IMG/VR virus record: IMGVR_UViG_3300046820_001062
Coordinates: 32,001 to 96,000 of that record
From: a virus
Strand: one strand, 5' to 3'
Length of the DNA: 64,000 nt
The first letter of the stretch is position 1, and the number at the start of each line of letters is the position of its first letter. The notes below the pieces were generated by a model that was not told the DNA's origin, made no database searches, and saw nothing but the letters and a program-made list of their open reading frames with translations. The translations under genes and the position numbers were made by a program. Shown piece after piece: positions 1 through 9,955 of this stretch.

Positions 1-3000
1 TTCCTTAATCAATGTATCCATTGTTGTACCAGTAATTCTACTTCCAGGCATTGACATTTGATACTTTCTCAAAGCCACAAAGCTTGTAATAATTTTTGCA
101 ATGTTTGCTTGATCTGTAAATACAGTTTCAAATGACTTTTTAATTGGAGCAAAGAACTCTGTTCTTTCTAAGAATATTTTAGACGCTTGAGTATTTAAAT
201 CTTCTATTGCCTCAAGTAATTGTGGCCATACTTGATTATTTTCAAAAATCTTATCACTTGACTCTTTTGTAAAAATACTTTCACCAGCTTCTAAGTTTCT
301 TACATTAGTCAATAGCTTATCAAAATTAACAAAAGAAGGATTAAGCTTTTTAAATAAATCAATAATTGAACCTGCACGTTTGATATCAAATGTTTGTTGT
401 GCTTGCTCTTTGTAAAGTTGTAACAAAATCATTTTTTGCTCAACTTCAGAAAGTTCTGTTCTGTTCAATACTTTTTCTGCAGCATTTTCCTCTGACTTAG
501 ATTCTACAATAGCAGATACCTTATAACCAATATCAGTAGAAGATAATGTATTGTTAAGAATTGCTTTTGGATCTAGAGCTTTAGCATTAAAATCAATTAA
601 GAGTTTATTCTTATTGATAATAATGTTATAAGGATTTGATCGTGGAGATATTAAACCTGCACTAATTAAGTTTGGAATAGCATCTTTATTTTCAGCAGCT
701 AATAACTTTATCTGTTCTGCTACTTCATTATTTAAGAATTTGTATGCAGTAGCCATTGACTCACTGATAGCATATTTTGTAGACTGAACACTTTGCACTG
801 CTTTTTTAATTTCAGGTATAAAGTTAAATCCAATAGCGAACTCAGGTGACATACCTACACCTATCATGGCAAGTGTAACACCAGCGTTTACTTCATTCAT
901 TTGTAATGCTGCAGGAATAGGTTTCTTAGCACCATCCGCAAACATACCAAGAATGTTACCAATCAATGCTATAACACGTTGATCTTCAATGTTTAATGTA
1001 CCAAACTTATTAAAGTTTACTTGTTCTAAATTTGCATTTTTAAATGCCCAAACAACATTCTCAGGTTTTAATTCCAATCCATATTGAGATGCAAGAGCTA
1101 AGAACTTATTAATGTTTGCTGTAATACCAATACCATCTTTGTTCATAGCATTTCCTACTTTAGTAGAAACCACACCATCAGTTGTATACATATTGTACTT
1201 GGTAGAAAAATCTTTAATGTCAATACCAAATGCTTCTAAAATATCCTCAAAACGTTGAGTAGAAGATCTTTCATGAATGTACAAGAATTTATGTACAGCT
1301 TCGTTAGATACAATGTTTAACTTAGCTTGTAAGTTTTTGTTTTGGAATACAGGACGTACTGATAAAGCATAATTAGGATTTGCTTCAAATGCTTGAGCAC
1401 TTGTTGGTAATCCTAGTTTACTAAATGCTTGCAAAGTTGCAGCAACCTTAAGTCCTGCAAATGTAAAGCGTTTTGCTCTACTTACTTCTCTACCATATTT
1501 ATTTCTTTGATCACGTTTCTGTCCTAGTTCTTCATTATATTCACCTACCTCTTTACCTAAATCAATTCTATCTTGCAATGCTCTTCTGTCTGAAGGATTA
1601 ACTTCATTTCTTCTAATAGCATCAACAAATTCTTCTTTAGCTTCATCTCTTATCTCCATTAATTCCTCAATATCAATAACAAGATTGTCATAAGATTCTT
1701 TAAGTTCTGCAAAATTCATTGCACCATTGTAGTCAGACTCATCAAATCCTGAATGGTATAGAATACTTAAAGCTTCTTCAGTTATGTTGTAAGAATTATT
1801 TTCAAGCAATGCTTTTGTTTCTTTTTTAATTAAAGCTTTTAAGTCTGCATCCTTACTCATATACTGAACAAACTCAGCATACTTATTTAAGTTTGTGTTC
1901 TTTCCATCTTGATACTCACCATATAACTTAGGATTACCTGATAAGTCAAAGTAATGTGCAAATGTTTGACCATACAAAGCATCAACGTCAAAGTCAGAAC
2001 CTGCAAGTAAGTGTACAAAATGTGGTACAATTACACCATTAAGATTAGAACTATCAATAAAATCAACAACTTTGATTGCAATCATAGAACGCTTGTCCTC
2101 TGTAGGAATACGTACACCAAACATCTTAGTTAAGTTCTGCATGTAGAATCTCTCATGTGCAGCACTTTTAAACAAAGGTTTAGGCATAATTGCTTCTACA
2201 TAGTAAGTCTTAACTCCATTTACTTCTTCAACTGTTACACCAAGAGGTCTTGATTTTACATTAGGATAAGCTGAAGGATTCTTACGATATTGTTCTGTAG
2301 TAATAACATTTCCATTTTCATCTTCAAGTACATTATAACCAAAAGAAGAGATATGTATATTTTTGAAACCAGAACCTTTTTCATCTGTAACATGTTTTGA
2401 ATATTGTGAAAAGAAATAATACTCAAGCATGTTACGCACGCCAGGAAGATTTGCACTATGAACTGGCTTACCAGAAGCATCTACATCAAATAATTTTAAT
2501 GTTGCTGTAGGTGCACCTTGTTCTTCTAAACTTGTACGTATTAATGTAAATATTTTACCAACCTCAAAGTCACCATCTTTTCTCAAGATAGTTTTTAAGT
2601 TAGCTAAGTTAGATACACCAATTTCTTTTAATGTACTTTGATATTCTTCAAGAACACTTGCAATATTATCAATTGCTTTTTGCTCTGAAGCTGTAATACT
2701 TAAACCGCTTGCTTTAGCAATTTCTGCAAGATTAATTAAATCAGCAGCAATAAGGGCCTTGCTTTGTACAGAAAACTTAGCTTTATCCTTAACACCAGAA
2801 GTCTCTACTTGTAAAAACTTAAATTTATTATCTACTTGTAAAGAAGACATTGCAAGATTGATATAACTATCTGTGCCTGCAATTCTTTCTGCCTCTATCG
2901 CATAGTCAACAGGAAGCATTGTAGCATTTTTAGATGCAGTAGTATCCATAAGTTGATCAACTTGATGATACTCCATAGCATTTAAAATGTTATGTAATGT

Positions 3001-6000
3001 TTGACGATGAGGTAATGCTTTAAAGTATGTATGAATTTCTTCTACGTTCTTTGTAATTGCATTGTCAATATCTGTAAGTGCACCTAATTCACCAGCAAGA
3101 ACTAAATCTTGACGTTGTCCACGTAAAGAATAAATATCCATGTACAAACCATGAAGTGCATTATGAGCATCTTCTAAAGTTTGCCCAGCTTTTGGTGTAA
3201 GAATGCTTACATCATTTCTGTCAATATAGTTTTCAGATTGTTTATGATAACTATTTCTTGCTGCTGTAACAGTTTTCTTAGGGTTGTTTACAACCTTACC
3301 TGCTTCCATTACGCGTATTTCTGTTTCAGAAAGCTCACGGTAATGCTTAGCAATGAGAGAATGCAATATCTCAGGACTCAATCTACCCATAGATTCATGC
3401 ATATCAATTTGATGCATCAGCGATGAGATACTTTGTCCATCAAATATATCATACATTGATGTACCATAATCCTTAAGAATTTCTTCTCTTACAGATTCTG
3501 ACTCAATGCTTTCATCATTTATAACCTCCTGCTCAGAATAGTAGGGACCATATTGAGGATAGCTTTCATTTATGTAACCCTGTATGGTATTTAAGAACGC
3601 AACTTTGTGGTAACCTTCTTTCATTGTACTACCACCAGCTAATAACTTCTTATTACGCTTAAAGTAGTCAGTTGCATCCTTAACATTCATTGCAATATCA
3701 CCATCAATTATTTCATTGAAATGTAAAGCATTCATCCAGTTGTTAAAGAAAGCATCAGCAACTAATCCTCTCAAATCTGTTGCTGCTTCTAGTTTACCAC
3801 CAGCCTCATTATAATTCTCCTTTGTTTTCTGATAAAGGCCATCAATTGAAACTGCAGGCGCACTGTCAACTCTCAATACAGAAGGTATAAGAGTTGATGT
3901 ATAATAAGTAATAGGTTCTACTTCTGGACCACCAACACCTCTTGTGATTAATTCACCTTTGGCATTTCTTTGTTTTTGAGTAGTTTTTTGTAATATACCT
4001 AAATCAATAAGTTTGGTAGCATGCTTGTTTAATTGTTCTTTAGCATAATTTTCTAAAGTATCCAGTAATGCATCTTTTATTTCTTGATCAAGATCTTCAA
4101 ATGCAATACCCGCTTTTGCAAAATCTGCCAAACCAGTTTTAGTTTCATTAGATTCTAATTCTGGATTAGCACTGAAAAAATCTGCTATCTTATTAAACTT
4201 ATATGCTCTTAAAGATGAATCATCTGTAATAGCTTTAGATTTATCTTGACTATCTAACTTACCATTGTATTTATCAATTATTTTATTAGACTCTTTGTTG
4301 TCAAAGTTTTCTTTGTTCTCAGCACTTCTAGCCCACTCTTTAGCAATACGGTTGTATTCTTGTTTAACAACAGCTTCAAGAGTATCAACAATTTTAAGAC
4401 GTTTGTCAGCATTTAAAACTAATCCTTTAGAATTAGCAAATTGATTATATAATGCTGTTACCAAGAAGTTTGTTTGAGATGCTTCTAACTGAGAAAATGA
4501 ACGTACATAGGTTTGAATTTTTGTAGCTACATCTTTTACTTTTCCATTTTCATCTAACTCTTGTCTAAAACTAGACTCAGTTGTTCTCTGTAAGAACGTA
4601 AGAATGTTTGTAATGTATAAAGACTTCTCATCAATATTTTTAAAACTCTTTCCTTCTTTTTGTTTTTCACCAATAGTTTGAGACACACCTCCAAACAATG
4701 ATACTTTGAAGTTGTCCATAAACAATTTCATTTCTTTTGCCTTTTGGGTATCTAATCCTTTAAGTAAATCACCTAACATTGCATTATCTGCATAGAATGA
4801 TTCTAAGAAATCTGCATAAAAAGGATCTTCTTTTAAAGTTTCAAGTAAACCTTTTGTACGTATTGACTGAGCAATAATAGTTGCAGGTGTGTAACTTACA
4901 TATCTATAGATAGGTTTACCCTCTGCATTACGTACAGTACTTGGTAATTCATTAGGATCATATTTAACAATGTACTCTGCTGCTTTTTTAATAATGGAGT
5001 TAAAGCGATTAACTGTATCACTCTTGCTGTTCTTTTCATCTAGTAATACTGCAAAGTCATTTGAAGAGATTTTGTTTATACTTATCTTTTCAAAAATATT
5101 AATTACATCAGTAAAGAAATCCTTTTCCAAATACTTCTTCTCAGAAATAAATTTAGAGTGATTATTGTAATGTGTAAGTGGAGTACCTGTAATATTTAAA
5201 GTTGCTTTATTATCAACTTGATCAATTGCCATAATTGACATTCTAATCAAAGATTTAGGAAACTTCATGCCTACATCTTCAAAAGCTTTTTGTAACTCAA
5301 TAGTAATACTTTCTAGTTTTGCATTTTGAGATGTAACATCACTTAAAATAAAACTACTAGTTTTAATTGTACGTGATAACTGTAACAGTTTATCTACAGC
5401 AGCTAAGTACTCTGGATTGTTTTTATTTTCTTTGTACTTCTGAATAACAGAAGTAACTAAATTTCTTTTCTTATTATTAACATCCTGAGAATGTACTTTA
5501 TCAACAAGAGTAAAGTTTCTTGTATCAGTAAGAACTTCATCACCTTCTAAGAATGTTTGAGTTGTTTTAACATCAATCATGACATAATCAATCTCAGTCT
5601 TGTGTAAGACATCAACTATCATGTTGTATAATTGCTTGTTAGATTGAGGCACTCCTGACTCATCCATTTTTGTGTAGCGATTCAACTTATCATAGACAGC
5701 CATTAAATCACTACCAGCACTTGTATAGCCATCCTCAATTTGTTGTTGAGCAATAACTTTGATGTGCTCAATAATATTCTTAGGATCTATTTCAGCAGAT
5801 ATTTTAATAAGAGAACCAAATACTTGTTCACCAGCAATCATTCTAGGAACTTTAATTCCTAATGTTGGATGAACTTGGTCATATCTTACTACCGCTAAGA
5901 ACTTTCTAATCTGTCTTGGTAAAGACTCTAAAGCGTTGATCTCATTAAATGAAGCATCAAAATCAGAAGATTCTGGAACTTCTTGTTGGTCTTCAGCATC

Positions 6001-9000
6001 GTCATTTGCAATAGTATTTTCATTTGCACCTGACAATTCTTTTTCAATAACATCTTTATCAGAAGATTTTTCACTACCGTCAAGAATTGAATTAATTTTA
6101 TCAACTTGTTCTTTGACCTGCTTTTTAAGCATTTCATAAGATACTTGACCCAGGTGATTGTCTTGTAATTCTTCTTCACCATATACTTTAACAGAATTGT
6201 TTTTGTTAAATCTGTTATCATAAGATGGATTATCAGTTGTATTTAAATCATACAATGCTTCACCTTTTGCTCTAGCTCCCAACATAAATCTGTAGTTAGC
6301 ATACAAAGGGCCCATTGTTTTAATTACCTTTTCTTTTAATTCAGGATTAGACTTAAACAATTCTGCATTTGTCCTTAGCAAAACATCCATGTTATACTCA
6401 TAGTCCAATACAAGTTGAGCAATCCTATCAAACTTAGTAGAGAATGATTCTTTTTGCCCATCTTCTATTACATAACCCGCTAACATGTTTACAAGTTGAT
6501 CTTGGTCTGCTTTAGACAAGACACTTGTTTTTTGACCAACACCAGCTGGTGTGGATACAATTTGTTTAAGACCTGGAATCAACTCATAAGCAACCTGTCC
6601 ATCATATATACCAGAAGAGATTACTTCATTTCTGTATTGACCATTTTTAATTTTACCATAAACATTGTCAATGTAGTCTCCTTTAGATGTAAACATTGCC
6701 AATAGCTTTTTAAGCATAGCCATAAACTGACCAAGAATACCTTTTGGTTTAGTATTCTTTAACATATAGTTTTGGAATCCATCAGCTAGAATCTCTTCTG
6801 CTTGCAGGCGCGTCATTTCTTCTTTGTTATAAACATAGTTACGTTGACGTGCAAACTCTTTTAGAGCACCTTCAGTAAACTTATTAGCATGCTTTTTATT
6901 ACTTGTAACTGCATTAATAAGATTTTGTCTTTCCTCAGAATTCATTAAGAATCTGAATACACCATGAAAAGCTTCATGATAAATTACACCTTGTCCTTTT
7001 AGTGCATTATTCAAATAAATAACTTTATCTTTAAATGCACCTAGTACAGTTCCGTCTAATTTAGTAAGATCAATTACATCAGCTAAAGATTCATTATCAA
7101 TTAAGAATTGTGGTAATGCTTGTGCTAACCATTCAGAAGCAGCAAGTCTTTGTTCAGCTGTTTCAACAATAACATTTGCATCATCTGTTAAAGAGAACAC
7201 CTCAATGTCAGGAATATCTGTAGTGTCTTCTTCAATTGTATTTAAAGGTTCTTGTTTGTGAATCTTTTCACTCTCTACAATTGGAGCAATTACTTCTTGT
7301 GTTTTAGTAACCTGTGCAACAGCAGCTTTTGGAACTACTGTAAATTTCTTACTACTAGCTTGTAATATTTTAAAGTTTGCAAGATCTTCACGATACTCTT
7401 TACGCTGAGCAGGTTGAGCATATTCTATTCTAGGATATAATACACCAGACTCATCAGTATCAGCTACTAATAGCTCAGGTCTATAAACCCCATTAAATGT
7501 AAAATCTCTTTTTAATTGTTGTACAAACTCTGGGAACATTGTTGTTCTTTCAGCAAGTTTGTTTATAATATTATCAACTAAATATTCTGCAAACTCTTTT
7601 TGAGCTTTTTCAATACTATCACTTAATTGTTTTAAAATAAGAAGAGCTGTTTCTGAATTACTCAACTTATTTACTTGCTCATAGAATGCAACTAAATCTG
7701 TGGTGTTTGTTAAATCTAAAGTTTTTAAAGCAGGATATGCTTCTCTTACTTGATTTACAAGAGGACCTTTTCCAATTAATGCTTTAGCTAAATTTGTTAT
7801 AACAGCTTCATTAACAGGAAAATTAAACTGATTTTTATTTTCAGGTTCAGCAATAAAACCATAAGGACCTTGTTTGTCCATTGGTCTAATTTCTATTTGT
7901 AACTGTCCTGCTTTTGATGTTGCAAAGTTTACACGCAATGGTGCTTTGTTATCATCATTTGGTCCTTGTTTTGCTTTGTTGTAAAACTTGAATCCATATG
8001 CATTTCTATCAAAATTTCTGATATCACCAGCTCTGTTTGCTGATGTTTGAAGAATATTTGCTAGAGATACAATAAACTTTGCAAACTCTACTTGCTGAGA
8101 CATCTGTAATACAGGAGCAATACTTCTGTATCCAATTGTTCCATCAGCATTAAAACGCAACAGGATATTTAACTGATTACCATGTTCTGGTTTAACTATT
8201 TTACCTTGTATCTCAGAAGGATTGATACCTAATACATCACTTGCATACACCTCTTGAGAAACTGTAGCACCATTCTCTAATTGAATTAGTTGTCCTTTTG
8301 CTAAAAATGGTTTAAGTATGTAAGGATCATTTTTAACTTTTGTATAAATAAAAGGAACACTGATTACTTCTGAGTTTACTATTGCACCATTAACCATTGT
8401 TACAACTGTCAATGGTTTTGACAAAGTTGTATCTAATTCTATCTCATCTTTTAGTAATTGCTTTTTGCTGATATCTGTTCTTTTTGAATTAGCTTCATAA
8501 GAATTAAAAAATTCAGTAGTAACATCAATTGAGTTATCAGATGTACCAGCAACCTTATCAGAAATACTTGATTTAAAAACTTGAAATAATTTGTTAGACT
8601 CAGACATTGACATAACATCTGTATCAGTTAAGGATTTATTTCCTTCTTTTGTATTCTTTACGGCAAGAGTTTTAACCAATGCCAAATGTTCTGGGTTTGA
8701 AAAGTCAACTCTCTCTGTTGTATTATCACTACTAACAAATACAAAGTTGTCAGAAGAATACATGTAAAATTTTTCACCGCTGCCAATAATCTCACCAACA
8801 AGAACAAATTGTTGTTCACTTGCTTTAGGTCTAGAAACAGTCATGATCTTCTTAGTGGAAGATGCTTGCAACGCTTTTATTTGTGTAGCGTTTTCAAATG
8901 TTTCATGTTCTCTGTTTTCAAGGGAAGAATACTTTGGATTTTGTTTTGCTGCTTCCTGGATACGTTCAACCCTTCTATCTGCAACATCACTTAATTTAAC

Positions 9001-9927
9001 TGCATGAATTTTAATACCAGCTTGTGGATTTTTCATGTTAGCTAATTTCTTTTCTAATTCAAATTGATCAGCTGAATCAACTGCTTTAATTGAAAAACTA
9101 GAAAGAAGTGTGTGTTCTTGGAATACTTGTTCCCCAGCATTACTTTTTGAGTTATCTGCAACGCGTGCGTCTTTTGCTGCAAGAATTTGTGAAGAATCAA
9201 TTGTTTGCAAAGATCCATCACTTGTAATAACTTTAAATTGTTCATCTTGTCTTACTCCTTCAACCATTTGACCATTTGTCAAAGTGATTAATACATTATT
9301 CAAATCTGCTAGATTAGCAATATCTGACAATGGAATAAAACTAGATGATTTCCTTAAAGAGTTTATCGCTTCATCAACCTGCTTGATTAAAAAATCTTTA
9401 TGAGCTTGAGGAGAATCATGTTCTATAATTGCGTTCTTAATTGCTGTAGAAAATTCATTTAGCAATTGTTCTCTTTCCTCATTTGTTGGAAAAGCTGTAA
9501 TACTAAAATAGTTTTTAACAGATGTAAGAATACCTTCAGAAGAAATTAAGTCCTGACGTGTTATGTTCTTTTTAGTAGATAATTTGTCAATTGCTTTAGA
9601 AATGCTTTCAACTTTTAAAGGTGAAGGCTTTTTAACGCCTAACATTTCACTGACTGTTGATACATAATTTGATGCATCATCCATAAGTACTACAGCACTG
9701 ATAACGCCTTCAGCATTTCCAGGATTGTAAAACTCACTATCAATACCTGCTAAACCCTTATAAATATAAGCCATGTTATGCAGTGACATCATCTTTTGTT
9801 CAGGAGTCAGTGCACTACCAAGTATAAACTTTGAAGCATTATCAAAGTTATTATATACTGAAGGGTCTAGTTTAATTAAGTTAAGTACAACTGAAGTGTA
9901 CTTGTCAGTTTGTATTTGACATGCCAT
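1..9927 (-). CDS. Giant virion-packaged RNA polymerase of crAss-like phage (>3309 aa, 3' end beyond window) with N-terminal-half zincin domain
   Basis: ATG at 9927 (MACQIQTDKY...). The same frame is open wherever I translated it, including the window edge. It contains MFGVRIPTEDKRS...VPHFVHLLAGSDFDVD (DFDVD at 1995-1981, ~aa 2645), the DxDxD catalytic motif with the upstream R-I-P-T signature of crAss-like virion RNAPs, plus D..KR at ~3670-3655 and HEAFH...EEILADGF at 6978-6964. Missing from the ORF track presumably because it has no stop in the window. Confidence 0.93.
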   Translation of the reverse strand, partial: MACQIQTDKYTSVVLNLIKLDPSVYNNFDNASKFILGSALTPEQKMMSLHNMAYIYKGLAGIDSEFYNPGNAEGVISAVVLMDDASNYVSTVSEMLGVKKPSPLKVESISKAIDKLSTKKNITRQDLISSEGILTSVKNYFSITAFPTNEEREQLLNEFSTAIKNAIIEHDSPQAHKDFLIKQVDEAINSLRKSSSFIPLSDIANLADLNNVLITLTNGQMVEGVRQDEQFKVITSDGSLQTIDSSQILAAKDARVADNSKSNAGEQVFQEHTLLSSFSIKAVDSADQFELEKKLANMKNPQAGIKIHAVKLSDVADRRVERIQEAAKQNPKYSSLENREHETFENATQIKALQASSTKKIMTVSRPKASEQQFVLVGEIIGSGEKFYMYSSDNFVFVSSDNTTERVDFSNPEHLALVKTLAVKNTKEGNKSLTDTDVMSMSESNKLFQVFKSSISDKVAGTSDNSIDVTTEFFNSYEANSKRTDISKKQLLKDEIELDTTLSKPLTVVTMVNGAIVNSEVISVPFIYTKVKNDPYILKPFLAKGQLIQLENGATVSQEVYASDVLGINPSEIQGKIVKPEHGNQLNILLRFNADGTIGYRSIAPVLQMSQQVEFAKFIVSLANILQTSANRAGDIRNFDRNAYGFKFYNKAKQGPNDDNKAPLRVNFATSKAGQLQIEIRPMDKQGPYGFIAEPENKNQFNFPVNEAVITNLAKALIGKGPLVNQVREAYPALKTLDLTNTTDLVAFYEQVNKLSNSETALLILKQLSDSIEKAQKEFAEYLVDNIINKLAERTTMFPEFVQQLKRDFTFNGVYRPELLVADTDESGVLYPRIEYAQPAQRKEYREDLANFKILQASSKKFTVVPKAAVAQVTKTQEVIAPIVESEKIHKQEPLNTIEEDTTDIPDIEVFSLTDDANVIVETAEQRLAASEWLAQALPQFLIDNESLADVIDLTKLDGTVLGAFKDKVIYLNNALKGQGVIYHEAFHGVFRFLMNSEERQNLINAVTSNKKHANKFTEGALKEFARQRNYVYNKEEMTRLQAEEILADGFQNYMLKNTKPKGILGQFMAMLKKLLAMFTSKGDYIDNVYGKIKNGQYRNEVISSGIYDGQVAYELIPGLKQIVSTPAGVGQKTSVLSKADQDQLVNMLAGYVIEDGQKESFSTKFDRIAQLVLDYEYNMDVLLRTNAELFKSNPELKEKVIKTMGPLYANYRFMLGARAKGEALYDLNTTDNPSYDNRFNKNNSVKVYGEEELQDNHLGQVSYEMLKKQVKEQVDKINSILDGSEKSSDKDVIEKELSGANENTIANDDAEDQQEVPESSDFDASFNEINALESLPRQIRKFLAVVRYDQVHPTLGIKVPRMIAGEQVFGSLIKISAEIDPKNIIEHIKVIAQQQIEDGYTSAGSDLMAVYDKLNRYTKMDESGVPQSNKQLYNMIVDVLHKTEIDYVMIDVKTTQTFLEGDEVLTDTRNFTLVDKVHSQDVNNKKRNLVTSVIQKYKENKNNPEYLAAVDKLLQLSRTIKTSSFILSDVTSQNAKLESITIELQKAFEDVGMKFPKSLIRMSIMAIDQVDNKATLNITGTPLTHYNNHSKFISEKKYLEKDFFTDVINIFEKISINKISSNDFAVLLDEKNSKSDTVNRFNSIIKKAAEYIVKYDPNELPSTVRNAEGKPIYRYVSYTPATIIAQSIRTKGLLETLKEDPFYADFLESFYADNAMLGDLLKGLDTQKAKEMKLFMDNFKVSLFGGVSQTIGEKQKEGKSFKNIDEKSLYITNILTFLQRTTESSFRQELDENGKVKDVATKIQTYVRSFSQLEASQTNFLVTALYNQFANSKGLVLNADKRLKIVDTLEAVVKQEYNRIAKEWARSAENKENFDNKESNKIIDKYNGKLDSQDKSKAITDDSSLRAYKFNKIADFFSANPELESNETKTGLADFAKAGIAFEDLDQEIKDALLDTLENYAKEQLNKHATKLIDLGILQKTTQKQRNAKGELITRGVGGPEVEPITYYTSTLIPSVLRVDSAPAVSIDGLYQKTKENYNEAGGKLEAATDLRGLVADAFFNNWMNALHFNEIIDGDIAMNVKDATDYFKRNKKLLAGGSTMKEGYHKVAFLNTIQGYINESYPQYGPYYSEQEVINDESIESESVREEILKDYGTSMYDIFDGQSISSLMHQIDMHESMGRLSPEILHSLIAKHYRELSETEIRVMEAGKVVNNPKKTVTAARNSYHKQSENYIDRNDVSILTPKAGQTLEDAHNALHGLYMDIYSLRGQRQDLVLAGELGALTDIDNAITKNVEEIHTYFKALPHRQTLHNILNAMEYHQVDQLMDTTASKNATMLPVDYAIEAERIAGTDSYINLAMSSLQVDNKFKFLQVETSGVKDKAKFSVQSKALIAADLINLAEIAKASGLSITASEQKAIDNIASVLEEYQSTLKEIGVSNLANLKTILRKDGDFEVGKIFTLIRTSLEEQGAPTATLKLFDVDASGKPVHSANLPGVRNMLEYYFFSQYSKHVTDEKGSGFKNIHISSFGYNVLEDENGNVITTEQYRKNPSAYPNVKSRPLGVTVEEVNGVKTYYVEAIMPKPLFKSAAHERFYMQNLTKMFGVRIPTEDKRSMIAIKVVDFIDSSNLNGVIVPHFVHLLAGSDFDVDALYGQTFAHYFDLSGNPKLYGEYQDGKNTNLNKYAEFVQYMSKDADLKALIKKETKALLENNSYNITEEALSILYHSGFDESDYNGAMNFAELKESYDNLVIDIEELMEIRDEAKEEFVDAIRRNEVNPSDRRALQDRIDLGKEVGEYNEELGQKRDQRNKYGREVSRAKRFTFAGLKVAATLQAFSKLGLPTSAQAFEANPNYALSVRPVFQNKNLQAKLNIVSNEAVHKFLYIHERSSTQRFEDILEAFGIDIKDFSTKYNMYTTDGVVSTKVGNAMNKDGIGITANINKFLALASQYGLELKPENVVWAFKNANLEQVNFNKFGTLNIEDQRVIALIGNILGMFADGAKKPIPAALQMNEVNAGVTLAMIGVGMSPEFAIGFNFIPEIKKAVQSVQSTKYAISESMATAYKFLNNEVAEQIKLLAAENKDAIPNLISAGLISPRSNPYNIIINKNKLLIDFNAKALDPKAILNNTLSSTDIGYKVSAIVESKSEENAAEKVLNRTELSEVEQKMILLQLYKEQAQQTFDIKRAGSIIDLFKKLNPSFVNFDKLLTNVRNLEAGESIFTKESSDKIFENNQVWPQLLEAIEDLNTQASKIFLERTEFFAPIKKSFETVFTDQANIAKIITSFVALRKYQMSMPGSRITGTTMDTLIKE

Positions 9928-9955
9928 ACTTTTATATTCTTTGATTTTACGAAGA

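Noticed and set aside
2256-9245. Short ORF-track calls within 1-9927 (for example 2256-2480, 5928-6221, 9054-9245)
   Set aside because: They are alternative-frame or antisense overlaps of the giant RNAP ORF, with no recognisable motifs.
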